Assembly: GCA_963793425.1 (NCBI GenBank)
Contig: CAWCAG010000005.1
Span: 448,001-512,000 of the forward strand
Reading direction: 5' to 3'
DNA: 64,000 nucleotides
Source: an uncultured cyanobacterium
GTDB lineage: Bacteria > Cyanobacteriota > Cyanobacteriia > Cyanobacteriales > CAWCAG01
The first letter of the stretch is position 1. Every line of letters begins with the position of its first letter. Under the pieces are notes generated by a model. The model saw only the letters and a program-made list of their open reading frames with translations, was not told the origin of the DNA and searched no databases. Of this stretch, positions 10,373-20,585 are shown one piece after another. The position numbers and the translations under genes are program-made.

Positions 10373-13129
10373 CTAAAATTCAGGAGAAGATGAAGCAGAG
10401 TTGTTTTTATCTGCCAAGAAAATAAAAACAGTATTATTCAGTCCTTTTTCAAAACGCAAACTCTGTGCTAATTCAGAATTTTTTTCCTTAGTCATATAAG
10501 TATAGGGAGAGGTCATTTTTTCTTCTAGTTTTTCTTTGTTTAAAGTCTCCACCATTTTGTAACCTCGACCTTGCAATATTTCAGTGAGTATTTTAACTGT
10601 GTTTTGCTCTTTTTCAATAAATAAAACTTCTTTGTGGGTATTTTCCTGAGTTATAAGAAAACTGATTTCATCTAAGAGTTCTTCAGCATTAATTGGTTTA
10701 TTTAAGTAGCGTTCCACGCCAATTTTATACCCTCGTTCTTTCTTTTCTACAATAGAAAGAATAATAATGGGAATATCAAAAGATCGTGGGTCGTTTTTCA
10801 ATACTGCTGCTGCATCTAAACCATTCATTTGCGGCATCATCACATCCATAATAATCAAATCAGGTTTATTCTCTTTAACTTGATTAATTGCTTGCCAACC
10901 ATCTTCAGCTTGGCGAATTGTATAACCTTGTGGCTGTAGTTGTTGAGTAAGAAGTTCGCGAATACTAGAATCATCATCTACTACAAGAATTGATTTTGGA
11001 GTATGATTTTTATTGAGCAATTTTGGTTTAATGGGATAACTCAATTCAGTAACAAGGTTATTTGAATTTGATTTTTGAGCAGAAGCAGGTTTATGTAAAG
11101 GAATTGGTAGAGAGAAGCTGAAAGTACTACCTTGATTTAGTTCACTTTCCAACCAAATTTTACCGCTGTGATGTTCAACTATTTGTTTACAAATAGGCAA
11201 TCCTAAGCCTGTGCCTTGGGGTTTGTCTGTCAAAGTATCTCCTAGCTGTTGGAAGCGTTGAAATACTTTATCTTGATGCTCTAAAGCAATTCCTGTTCCT
11301 GTATCTATAATCTGAAAAATTATCTGTCCTTCTTCTTGATAAGCTTGGCAAGTTACAGAACCTTCCTCTGTGAATTTAATAGCGTTGGAAAGCAGATTAA
11401 TAAGAACTTGAATTAAGCGATCACGATCACCAATTATTTCTGGAAGTTCTGGATTGATTTTTTCAATGATTTGCAAACCCTTTTGTTCAAAAAGCGCTGA
11501 AGTCGAGGCGATCGCCCTTTGAGCAATATTCTGAATAGAGACAGTTTCTTCTTTCCACTCAACTTTACCTGCCTCCATTTTAGCTAAATCTAACACATCA
11601 TTAATTAAGGCAGTAAGTCTTTCTCCTTCGGTGACAATAATATTAAGATTATTCTTGACTTGTTTGATGGCTCTGGTGGTTTTATTCTCCTCAGTATTAG
11701 TAGCGGGGAAAATAACTTCTTCTAGCTTCTTTTTGATTAACTTAGTAAAACCTAATACAGAAGTAAGGGGAGTTCTTAATTCATGAGAAACGGTAGAAAT
11801 AAAGTCGGTTTTAAGTCTGTCTACTTCTGTTAAACGCTTGTTTTCTTTCTGGAGAAACTTGTATAAATCAACTATTTCCTCATTAGCTTCAGCAAGTTCT
11901 TCTGTACGCTTCTCTACCCTAATTTCTAACTCCTCATTTAGCCTTTTCAAAGCCGCTTCAGTTTCTTTTCGTTTAGTGATATTGCTCAAAAAAATTGATA
12001 ATCCTTCTTTGTGAGGATAGGCACGTACTTCTAACCATTGTTGAAGAGAAGCAAAGTACTGCTCAAAGGTAACAAGTTTACCCTTTTTAACTGCATTGTA
12101 ATACTTCTTTTGAAATGGTGGCTCTGATGCTTCTGGAAAGACTTGCCAGAAACTAAGGCTTGTTAAGGCGGCTGTTTCTTGAGATAAAAGCTGACTAGCT
12201 TGGGGATTAAGATAGGTGATATTCCAATGAGAGTCTAAAGCCAGAAAAGCATCAGTAATACTTTCTAAAATTTTGATGGTTTTACGATTTGCTCGAACAA
12301 GTTTATCTATTATAATGTAAGCCAAACAAGCAAAAATAGTTAAAGATAAAACATAAGCGATTAAACTATAAATATTAGTTGTTTCTATTGCTTTTTGATA
12401 ATAATTACTGTAAGTTTTTTCTAATTCTTCACTTAACTCTGCACTAGGAAGAGCCAGGATTTTTGCAGTAAGCCTATTAACTTTAGGCTTGTTGACAAGA
12501 ATAGCTTGACTTTGAGAAATTGCAGTAGCAATCAATTCATTTTCTTTCTCTGGGTAGCTATCTTTCAAACGGTCAAGTACTTCTAGCTGGTTGGCAATGT
12601 TGAGGTATTGTTTTTCATCTCCTTGGAAATTATTAACAACAATTTTGTAGAACAAATCATCAAGAAGTAACTGTAAAGGTTTACTTTGAATTGTGATCGG
12701 AGACTCTTCTAACTCAGTAATAATAGTTGGCAATTCTTCTAAAGAATCTCGAAGCAGAGCATTTTTGCTTTGAAAGTCTTTTACTAAAAGAGCCTTCTGT
12801 TGCATCACTTCTTCTCTTTCTCTTAAAATAGCTCTAAGTTCATCTTGTCCTTCAGCTTCGATAAAGCTAGGAACTTTGAGTAGCTTATTTTGTAGTTCTT
12901 GCTGTACTTGTAAACGCTTTTGAAAAGTCTGGTGGGAAGCTAACAGTTCGTACCTAGCTTTGAGAATATCTTGATTAAAGGTAGCATCTTTTTCTTTCTG
13001 GGCAATCAAAGCATCACGATAGCGATAATGTTCTCCAACATTGATAGCTCCACTCTTAGCAATAACTACGATAATTAATGCTACAGAACTTGTAGCAGTC
13101 AAAATGCTGAGTATTTTTGCAATTCTCAT
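10373..13129 (-). CDS. Hybrid sensor histidine kinase (TM, DAHL-like helical sensor, TM, PAS, HisKA, HATPase, REC)
   Basis: SHELRTPL, NLLSNAIKFT, DTGTGI, GTGLGL, REC MDVMMP; likely ATG start at 13129 just before the TM helix. Confidence 0.9.
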   Translation of the reverse strand: MRIAKILSILTATSSVALIIVVIAKSGAINVGEHYRYRDALIAQKEKDATFNQDILKARYELLASHQTFQKRLQVQQELQNKLLKVPSFIEAEGQDELRAILREREEVMQQKALLVKDFQSKNALLRDSLEELPTIITELEESPITIQSKPLQLLLDDLFYKIVVNNFQGDEKQYLNIANQLEVLDRLKDSYPEKENELIATAISQSQAILVNKPKVNRLTAKILALPSAELSEELEKTYSNYYQKAIETTNIYSLIAYVLSLTIFACLAYIIIDKLVRANRKTIKILESITDAFLALDSHWNITYLNPQASQLLSQETAALTSLSFWQVFPEASEPPFQKKYYNAVKKGKLVTFEQYFASLQQWLEVRAYPHKEGLSIFLSNITKRKETEAALKRLNEELEIRVEKRTEELAEANEEIVDLYKFLQKENKRLTEVDRLKTDFISTVSHELRTPLTSVLGFTKLIKKKLEEVIFPATNTEENKTTRAIKQVKNNLNIIVTEGERLTALINDVLDLAKMEAGKVEWKEETVSIQNIAQRAIASTSALFEQKGLQIIEKINPELPEIIGDRDRLIQVLINLLSNAIKFTEEGSVTCQAYQEEGQIIFQIIDTGTGIALEHQDKVFQRFQQLGDTLTDKPQGTGLGLPICKQIVEHHSGKIWLESELNQGSTFSFSLPIPLHKPASAQKSNSNNLVTELSYPIKPKLLNKNHTPKSILVVDDDSSIRELLTQQLQPQGYTIRQAEDGWQAINQVKENKPDLIIMDVMMPQMNGLDAAAVLKNDPRSFDIPIIILSIVEKKERGYKIGVERYLNKPINAEELLDEISFLITQENTHKEVLFIEKEQNTVKILTEILQGRGYKMVETLNKEKLEEKMTSPYTYMTKEKNSELAQSLRFEKGLNNTVFIFLADKNNSASSSPEF

Positions 13130-13277
13130 CCAAAAACTTCCTAGTTGCTGTTCCACAAACCAATTAAGGGACTTGCAGTGCAAGTTCCTTAATGAAGTTA
13201 GTAGATGACAACCTAGTTAAACCAATCATAAAAATTAGATTAGAGGAAAGGATCTAGCTTGAGGATGATATAATATA

Positions 13278-13949
13278 TTACCAAGGCAAAACTTCCCCTT
13301 TTGCGTGCCAGAAAGTACCTGTGTTCTCTAAATTTAATTCCTTGATTCTCTGTAACAAACCGGCGGCTGCTTCTGAGGCTGGTATGCCTTGGTTTCCGGT
13401 CATATCAGTACTAACCAAACCAGGATGTAAAATTGCGACAGCAATACCTTGGGGCTTAAGATCCAAAGACAAAGATTTCCCTGCCATAGAAACAGCAACT
13501 TTGGACATACGATAACCATAGGAACCCCCAGAAGTGTTATCTTCTATAGAACCCATGCGACTAGTAACAATGCCAATTTTGGAACCAGAGTGAAGATTGG
13601 GCAACAAAGCTTGAGTTACTCGCAAAGCCCCAAGAGAATTGGTTTTAAATTGTTGCATCATCCCGTCAAAGTTGAGGTCATTAAGAGTGCTTCTTGACCA
13701 AATTCCGGCGTTATTAATGAGAATATCTAGGGATTTTCCTTGCAAGCGTTGGGCTAAATCAGCAACAGAGGAAGCCTCGCCGATATCAACTCCTGTTTCT
13801 ACTTGTACTCCTAAGCTATCAAGTCGAGATGAACTTTGACGACAAGCAGCAATAACTTCCCCCCCTGATTCTTTCGCTTGTTTAGCTAATTCGTAACCGA
13901 TACCGCGATTTGCCCCTGTGATTAAATAGGTAGTCATTTTATTTATCAT
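13278..13949 (-). CDS. Short-chain dehydrogenase/reductase (CsgA/C-factor-like)
   Basis: TGANRGIG, NNAG, YRMSK, HPGLVSTDM. Confidence 0.9.
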   Translation of the reverse strand: MINKMTTYLITGANRGIGYELAKQAKESGGEVIAACRQSSSRLDSLGVQVETGVDIGEASSVADLAQRLQGKSLDILINNAGIWSRSTLNDLNFDGMMQQFKTNSLGALRVTQALLPNLHSGSKIGIVTSRMGSIEDNTSGGSYGYRMSKVAVSMAGKSLSLDLKPQGIAVAILHPGLVSTDMTGNQGIPASEAAAGLLQRIKELNLENTGTFWHAKGEVLPW

Positions 13950-14719
13950 TTAACATTTAACATTTCGTTCAAGTTTATAACTTGTTTTGGCTGAGGTTGG
14001 ATTATCTTAGTGTTGAGGTTGTTTTTTGTAAGCATTTCTTGAAACTTTTCTAGGCTACCTTGAGAACTTAATAAAGAAACCAGTAGCCCTTGATAACTTA
14101 CCTCTTTGGCATCAGCAGTCGGTAAAATAAATTTTGGTTGTAACCATTTTGATACTTGCAAAGCGCTTTCTTGCCCTTTAATAATCGGTCCAACTAAGGG
14201 CAAAGCTAAACTAACCAAAGGAGTAATCACCACATCTACTGGGGCTAGGTTTTTGATTTCTGGGTCATGGTTGCCGTGGGGTTCGTAGTATAAACTTTGC
14301 TTAGTGGTCAAATCCTTGAGTATGTAACCATTTTCTTTTAAAGTTGGCCCAATAGGGGAACCAGGTACAGCTTTGACTTCAACTTGATCAGCGAAGGTGA
14401 AACTTTCCCCATGTTCCAAGGTGGTAATTTGGCTATAACCTAATTCCTGAACAACCTTAGCCGCATTAGGGGAAGCAACTACAGGAATATCATGGTCTAA
14501 TTGCTTTAAAGTTGGGGGATGGGCATGATCTTCCAAACCTTGAGAAAGGAGAATCAGATCAATAGATTCAGGAATCTCTAAAGCTTGGGGGCGTTTGCCT
14601 TCAAATAACCAAGGTGAGTTAGCAAACACTAAAGAATCTACTAACCAAGGGTCAAGTAGAATATTTTGTTTACCTATGTTTAAAATCCAGGAGTTATTAT
14701 CTAACCAAGTAACTTGCAT
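13946..14719 (-). CDS. MBL-fold metallo-hydrolase
   Basis: LLDPWL, LSQGLEDHAH. Confidence 0.8.
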   Translation of the reverse strand: MQVTWLDNNSWILNIGKQNILLDPWLVDSLVFANSPWLFEGKRPQALEIPESIDLILLSQGLEDHAHPPTLKQLDHDIPVVASPNAAKVVQELGYSQITTLEHGESFTFADQVEVKAVPGSPIGPTLKENGYILKDLTTKQSLYYEPHGNHDPEIKNLAPVDVVITPLVSLALPLVGPIIKGQESALQVSKWLQPKFILPTADAKEVSYQGLLVSLLSSQGSLEKFQEMLTKNNLNTKIIQPQPKQVINLNEMLNVK

Positions 14720-14784
14720 AAAAATTTATCTTTAACTTCTGCCCTTATTTTAATAATCTTTAACAATAAACAACTCCTTTCCCC

Positions 14785-15399
14785 ATGAATCTAGACTCAG
14801 AAATTCGTCGCTTACTGGATTTAATGCCTGCATCAGGACGGATGAACACCAAAATCGTTAATAAGCCTCAACAGAGTAAGGTACTTGTGACAGACTTTCC
14901 CTATCCTTGGAAGCGAGGAAATCGCCCTATTTATATCAACTTCGATTTGTGGAAACTTTTACCCGCCGGGGCAAGGGATTTATTACTTTTGAGAACAATT
15001 AGTTGGTTAACTGGGGTCAAATGGTTTAAGCCAGATTTATACCAAGGAATTGTGCTTTTAGGGGCTGTGGATGGTGTTATTGAACTAACTCAAGGAGATG
15101 CTTTAGGGTTTTTGGTAGCAGGAGGTTTAGGTGCATTAGCAGCTAGTCAAATTTGGCAACGCAATCGTAGTTCCCAAAAGGATATTGATGCCGATGAAGC
15201 AGCAATTAAAGTTGCCCAAAGAAGAGGCTATAGTCGTACAGAAGCTGCAGCCAATTTATTAAAAGCAATTGAAGAGGTGGCTAAAATAGAAGGCCGTTCC
15301 AGCTTAAGTTTTTCTGAATTAATTCGCACCCAAAACCTCCGCACTATCGCCAATATATCTACAGTAGGCGTACCGAAATCAGTTATCAATGATGCCTAA
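14785..15399 (+). CDS. Conserved cyanobacterial membrane protein (DUF3318-like)
   Basis: EIRRLLDLMPASGRM, INFDLW, ADEAAI..AQRRGY. Confidence 0.75.
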   Translation: MNLDSEIRRLLDLMPASGRMNTKIVNKPQQSKVLVTDFPYPWKRGNRPIYINFDLWKLLPAGARDLLLLRTISWLTGVKWFKPDLYQGIVLLGAVDGVIELTQGDALGFLVAGGLGALAASQIWQRNRSSQKDIDADEAAIKVAQRRGYSRTEAAANLLKAIEEVAKIEGRSSLSFSELIRTQNLRTIANISTVGVPKSVINDA

Positions 15400-15437
15400 C
15401 GGCAACGGCAAGCCGTACATTGATAACTGACCATCGA
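15391..15437 (+). repeat. Dispersed short repeat, GATGCCTA(A)CGGCAAC family
   Basis: Near-identical copy at 18017-18062; degenerate copies near 26113 and 56522. Confidence 0.7.
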
Positions 15438-16469
15438 TCATTGATCATTGAAAAGATACCATTTTACAGTTTTCCTCAGCCCTTCTTCAATAGTTACAGA
15501 AGGAGTCCAGCCTAGTTCTGTTTTGATTTTACTTGAGTCTATTGCATAGCGGCGATCGTGTCCTGGTCTATCTTTGACGAAACTAATTAAATTGTGGGCG
15601 GGGCTAACCGGTAAATCAGTGGCTAACTCATCCATTAACTGACAAATAACTTTAACTAAATCAATATTTTTAACTTCATTGTTACCGCCAATGTTATAAA
15701 CTTCTCCTGGTTTGCCTCGATGAATAACTCGATCTAAAGCTTGACAATGATCCAAAACATAAAGCCAGTCTCTAACATTTTGCCCGTCTCCATACACTGG
15801 CAAAGGTTTACCTTGGAGGATATTTGTACAGATAAGAGGAATTAACTTTTCAGGGAATTGGTAGGGGCCATAATTATTGGAACAGTTGGTAATTATAGTT
15901 GGTAGGTTGTAGGTATGGTAGTAGGAACGGACAAGGTGATCACTGCCCGCTTTTGAGGCTGAGTAAGGGCTATTGGGGGCATAGGGAGTAGTTTCTTGAA
16001 AAGGAGGATCTTCAGGACTTAAGCTGCCGTAAACTTCATCGGTGGAGACATGAAGGAAAAGTGCTGGAGATTCTGGTTGGTAGTAGTGGCGAAAGGCTTC
16101 GAGGAGGGTAAAAGTGCCAAGGAGATTAGTTTGGATGAAGGCATCGGGACTTACAATAGAACGGTCAACGTGGGATTCTGCTGCGAAGTGGGCGAGGATA
16201 TCAATATTTTCTGCTTTGAGAAGATTATCTACTAAAGGGCGATCGCAGATATTCCCTTTAACGAAGCGAAAATTTTCTTTCTCTTGCCAAGCTTTGAGGT
16301 TATCTAAGTTTCCTGCATAGCTAAGGGCATCAAGTACAACAACCCGATCTTGAGGATAGTTATCACACCAATGATGGACAAAATTAGTACCAATAAATCC
16401 CGCCCCTCCCGTAATTAATAAACGGCGTGGTTTTCTTGAGGAAAGATTTTTGTTTGAAGCAGTATTCAT
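15438..16469 (-). CDS. rfbB: dTDP-glucose 4,6-dehydratase
   Basis: [39 protein letters not shown]. Confidence 0.96.
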   Translation of the reverse strand: MNTASNKNLSSRKPRRLLITGGAGFIGTNFVHHWCDNYPQDRVVVLDALSYAGNLDNLKAWQEKENFRFVKGNICDRPLVDNLLKAENIDILAHFAAESHVDRSIVSPDAFIQTNLLGTFTLLEAFRHYYQPESPALFLHVSTDEVYGSLSPEDPPFQETTPYAPNSPYSASKAGSDHLVRSYYHTYNLPTIITNCSNNYGPYQFPEKLIPLICTNILQGKPLPVYGDGQNVRDWLYVLDHCQALDRVIHRGKPGEVYNIGGNNEVKNIDLVKVICQLMDELATDLPVSPAHNLISFVKDRPGHDRRYAIDSSKIKTELGWTPSVTIEEGLRKTVKWYLFNDQ

Positions 16470-17092
16470 GAAGCAACTATTTAAAAGTCAAAAATATTAT
16501 TTCATGTAGCGAACGGAATAAGCAGATTGTTAGAAGTGTGAGTAATTCTGGCAAGAAAACTAGAAAGCTATTTCCTTGGTAGTTGTTGCGATCGCAATAA
16601 ATATGCAGCAATCTTATTTGAAATCTAAACCCAGAATGAAGCTTGTCAATACTGCAATTTTGGATTTTTGTCAAAAAAACTTTGAAAGTCACCTCAAAAT
16701 TAGTCACTTCAGTCTTCTTCTTGGTAAGGGGTTTTGAGGCAAAAAAGCTACTTAATTAACGATTTGTCGAGGTTGTAGAGATTGTGTTTTATTTTTGAAC
16801 ATAAGTATAGTAGTATGACTTTTTTGATTATCCCATAAAACTACGCAAATGCGTCATTTGCAGCAATTTTTTACTCTTGACATTTTTTAAGTTGAAGTTA
16901 TGTAAATTCAGAATATTTGATGTAGAAGTCAGCTTGTCTAAATAATTACTTATATTTGCTGGTTGCATCTTTCTTTCTTGAAGTGATATTATGTATATGG
17001 TGGAAAAGGTGTGCGCTTAAAAACCGTTTTCCAAAGCAAGTATTTAAGAGATTAGCAACTAGCAACACTGAATACCTTGATGGATATTTTTG

Positions 17093-17992
17093 TTAGGAAT
17101 TATTGTTGCTTCCTTGAAGCTCTTCATGCTGAAGCAAAAGCAAACAAAACAGACCAAACGCCAATATAGATAGCCCTCCGAAAATCAAAGAACCACCTTC
17201 TATATGCCAGTAAGTAAAGGCTTTTTGATGGCGGGAAGCAACTAAAGCTGCCAAGAAAGCAACCCTAACTCCGTTAATAGCGAATCCTAATAGAATAGCA
17301 GCCATTAAAACTAAGATTCTTTTAGTCCAATTAGCTAAGGGAAACATGAACAAGAAAATCACGGCTAAGCCAAAAAGGTAAAGCATACTTTCCAAGCCTG
17401 AACAGTCTTGCAGTACGGTTATGCCTCCGGCAGGGAGAATGATTTTCTCTTCTTGAATTGAGACATCAAAACCTAAATACATAAGAAGCAAAGAAGAAAA
17501 CTTGGCAACGATGGCAGAAGGATCTATTAAAGGATAAATTAAGACTTTAATACCAAGAATGAAAAGGATAATCAGTGCTTGCCAGTACTGTTTTAAGCCC
17601 CTGAAACCAGAAGCAAGTAAGCCAATGGCTAAACAACCTATCAGAGGTAAAAGTCTTAGCGGCAACAGGTATTGAGGAAAAGAAGGTAAGAAGTTAATAT
17701 CTGTCGCTGTTGCACTTCTCCAAAGGAATAAAGTAATTAATATTCCTCCTACAACGCTAGGAATAATTGTAGTTTCTCTTTGCCAGTTATGGCGTTTTTC
17801 CCAAAGAAGAGAAAAGACTGCTGTACCAAAAATAAGACTCATACCCAAGTGAGAAAAATCCTTGATTCTCCAAATTAAGCTTAAATAAATAGCGGTTAAG
17901 GCTACGACTAAGGCAAGCAGCCAAAAAGAAGGAATTTTAAATGGTTTAGCAAAAGAAAGCAAAAGGCTTTTCATATCCATAAAAATTTTCAC
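17093..17992 (-). CDS. crtA: Cyanoexosortase A (exosortase family)
   Basis: Multi-TM protein with Cys (DCSG), Arg (NGVR) and His (YWH) triad. Confidence 0.82.
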   Translation of the reverse strand: MKIFMDMKSLLLSFAKPFKIPSFWLLALVVALTAIYLSLIWRIKDFSHLGMSLIFGTAVFSLLWEKRHNWQRETTIIPSVVGGILITLFLWRSATATDINFLPSFPQYLLPLRLLPLIGCLAIGLLASGFRGLKQYWQALIILFILGIKVLIYPLIDPSAIVAKFSSLLLMYLGFDVSIQEEKIILPAGGITVLQDCSGLESMLYLFGLAVIFLFMFPLANWTKRILVLMAAILLGFAINGVRVAFLAALVASRHQKAFTYWHIEGGSLIFGGLSILAFGLFCLLLLQHEELQGSNNNS

Positions 17993-18016
17993 AAGCTAAA
18001 CTAATAATTGATTGAT

Positions 18017-18062
18017 GATGCCTAACGGCAACAGCAAGCCGTACACTGATCATTGATAACCG
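18017..18062 (+). repeat. Dispersed short repeat, second copy
   Basis: gatgcctaacggcaacagcaagccgtaca versus gatgcctaacggcaacggcaagccgtaca at 15391. Confidence 0.7.
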
Positions 18063-19655
18063 ATGACTCCTAAACCCCACCAAGCCTTAGTCGAAGAAAT
18101 TGATTTGATGATTCGGGCGCGGTATCCTTTAATTTATATAGTAGCGGTAGAAGAAGAACCTGTAGAAGAAGTCCTTGATGCTGTTGCGGCACAATCTCAG
18201 CCATCGCGCAAGCTTTTATTGTGGGATTTGGTTAGGGGTTGGAGTGATAATGGTTCTGATAAGGGTTCTGTTATGGCTGCCCTGGGACGCATTCGTAAAG
18301 TTTCTAGCCAGGAAGCAACTATTTTTGTACTAAGGGATCTACACTATATTTTGCAGAATCCTGGTTTAGATCGTAATGCCCCAGTTGTCAGGGAAATTAA
18401 GAATCTCACCAAAGAATTGAAACGTGATCGCAAAACTTTAATTCTTACTAGTCATACTTTAGAAGTTCCCCCTGAATTTAGCGAAGAAGCGACGGTAATT
18501 GATTTTCCTTTACCTAATGTTGAAGAAATCGATTATTTAATTACTCAGTTAGTTGTTCCTGATAAGTTGAAAATAGCTGGGTTGGCTAAAGAACAGTTGG
18601 TAAAAGCTTGTCAAGGGTTAAGTCGCACCCGCATTTGCCGTGTCTTAGCTAAAGGCTTAGCCGCCAAACAGCAGGTAGATGAGTCGGATATTGATGGGGT
18701 TTTGGCACAGAAAAAACAAGCTGTGCGGCAAACGGGTATCTTAGAATTTTATAACACCCAAGAATCCCTCAAATCTGTAGGAGGATTGGAAAACCTCAAA
18801 CAATGGGTGAGAATGCGCCAAGATGCTTTTACCGAACAAGCAAGGCGTTATGGCATTCCTAACCCTAAAGGTATCTTACTTGTGGGTATCCAAGGTACAG
18901 GAAAATCTCTCTCCGCCAAAACTATTGCCCATGAATGGCGCTTGCCTCTATTGCGCTTAGATACAGGACGCTTATTTGGTGGTATCGTGGGGCAAAGTGA
19001 AGCCAGTGTGCGACGCATGATAGCAATTTCTGAAGCTATGGCTCCTTGTGTGCTGTGGATTGATGAAATTGATAAAGCTTTTGGTAATATAACCAGCGGT
19101 ATAGATGGCGACTCTGGGACAACCCGCCGTGTATTTGGTAGCTTAATTACTTGGATGCAAGAGAAAACAGCCCCAGTATTTATTGTTGCCACAGCCAATA
19201 ATGTCCGCATCTTACCAGCAGAATTATTGCGTAAGGGGCGCTTCGACGAAATCTTTTTCTTAAACCTACCTACAGAAAAAGAAAGAGAAGATATTTTCCG
19301 AGTTCACCTACAACCGCTGCGCCCTAGCCGTTTGCGAGAATTCGATCTCAACAAGTTGGCGAAATTAGCCCAAGATTTTAGTGGTGCAGAAATTGAACAA
19401 GTAATTGTTGATGGTATGCACAATGCCTTTGGGAGTATTATTGATGGGCAAAGAAGAGATTTTAATACCGAAGATATCCTCAAAGCCATTGACGAAACTG
19501 TCCCCTTGGCGGCGATCGCCCGTCAACAAATTGAAGATTTAAAACATTGGGCAGCAGAAGCTGGGGCAAGGACGGCTTCTCAGGATACTCAATTAATAGA
19601 AGAGTTAAAAAGATTCAGCATTCAACGCGGAATTGGCCCTTTAGAAGTTGATTGA
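18063..19655 (+). CDS. Ycf46-like AAA ATPase
   Basis: IRARYPLIY N-terminus, Walker A GIQGTGKS, Walker B LWIDE, LRKGRFDEIF. Confidence 0.88.
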   Translation: MTPKPHQALVEEIDLMIRARYPLIYIVAVEEEPVEEVLDAVAAQSQPSRKLLLWDLVRGWSDNGSDKGSVMAALGRIRKVSSQEATIFVLRDLHYILQNPGLDRNAPVVREIKNLTKELKRDRKTLILTSHTLEVPPEFSEEATVIDFPLPNVEEIDYLITQLVVPDKLKIAGLAKEQLVKACQGLSRTRICRVLAKGLAAKQQVDESDIDGVLAQKKQAVRQTGILEFYNTQESLKSVGGLENLKQWVRMRQDAFTEQARRYGIPNPKGILLVGIQGTGKSLSAKTIAHEWRLPLLRLDTGRLFGGIVGQSEASVRRMIAISEAMAPCVLWIDEIDKAFGNITSGIDGDSGTTRRVFGSLITWMQEKTAPVFIVATANNVRILPAELLRKGRFDEIFFLNLPTEKEREDIFRVHLQPLRPSRLREFDLNKLAKLAQDFSGAEIEQVIVDGMHNAFGSIIDGQRRDFNTEDILKAIDETVPLAAIARQQIEDLKHWAAEAGARTASQDTQLIEELKRFSIQRGIGPLEVD

Positions 19656-19695
19656 TTAGCAAAAAGTCTAGAATAGGAAAGGAGGTTTCTAACTT

Positions 19696-20103
19696 ATGTC
19701 ACATTTTACAGCAATTAAAACAGAAATTCGCGACGTTGATGCCTTGGTGAAATCCTTAGATGATGTTGGTTTCAACCAAGTAGAAGTACATCAAGAAGCA
19801 CAAAACCTTTATGGTTATCAAGGAGATGTGCGAGAACAAACCGCAGAAATTGTTATTCGCCGCCAGTATATTGGACAAGCGAGTAATGATATCGGTTTCA
19901 AACAGCAAAGCGATCATACTTTTGAAGCGATTATTTCTGAGTATGATCGCAGCAAGTATTCTCAAAATTGGTTAAACGAATTAACCCAGCGTTACGGCTA
20001 TCATACTCTGATGGCAACTGCCCCAACACAAGGTTTTGCTATTGAAGAAGAAGAAACCTTAGAAGATGGCACGATTAGAGTTGTTGTTGCTAAGTGGATG
20101 TAA
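19696..20103 (+). CDS. DUF1257 / Ycf35-family protein
   Basis: MSHFTAIKTEI, GYQG, DIGF, LEDGTIRVVV; RBS GGAGG upstream. Confidence 0.85.
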   Translation: MSHFTAIKTEIRDVDALVKSLDDVGFNQVEVHQEAQNLYGYQGDVREQTAEIVIRRQYIGQASNDIGFKQQSDHTFEAIISEYDRSKYSQNWLNELTQRYGYHTLMATAPTQGFAIEEEETLEDGTIRVVVAKWM

Positions 20104-20198
20104 AGGGAGATAGGGAGGTGGGAAGAGGACTATTAGCCATTAGCCACTAGCCATTAGCTAAAATGTTCAATGTTTAACAACAAATGATAAATGAAATT

Positions 20199-20573
20199 AT
20201 GTCTCACTTTACTACTATTAAAGTTGAAATTAAAAACGGCGAAATTCTGCACCAAGTCTTGCAAGAATGTGGCTATCAAGTGGAATCTCAAACTAACGTA
20301 CGGGGTTATCAAGGTAATACCACAGAAGCAGAATATGTCATTCGTCAAAGTAATGGTTATGATTTAGGTTTTCGCCGTAACGGTGAAAACTATGAAATCG
20401 TTGCTGATTTTTGGGGTGCAAAGATTAATCAGCGTGATTTTATTAATAAAATTAGCCAAAAATATGCCCATAAAACCCTAATGCAATCTGTGCAAGAACA
20501 AGGTTTTGACATAGAAACAGAGGAAATTTTAGATGATGGTACTGTTAGAGTAGTTGTTGGTACTTGGACTTGA
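20199..20573 (+). CDS. DUF1257 / Ycf35-family protein (second paralog)
   Basis: MSHFTTIKVEI, GYQG, DLGF, ADFWG, DDGTVRVVV. Confidence 0.85.
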   Translation: MSHFTTIKVEIKNGEILHQVLQECGYQVESQTNVRGYQGNTTEAEYVIRQSNGYDLGFRRNGENYEIVADFWGAKINQRDFINKISQKYAHKTLMQSVQEQGFDIETEEILDDGTVRVVVGTWT

Positions 20574-20585
20574 AATCATTAATTA

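Noticed and set aside
16477..16707. 76-aa ORF upstream of rfbB
   Set aside because: No recognisable motif; AT-rich promoter region
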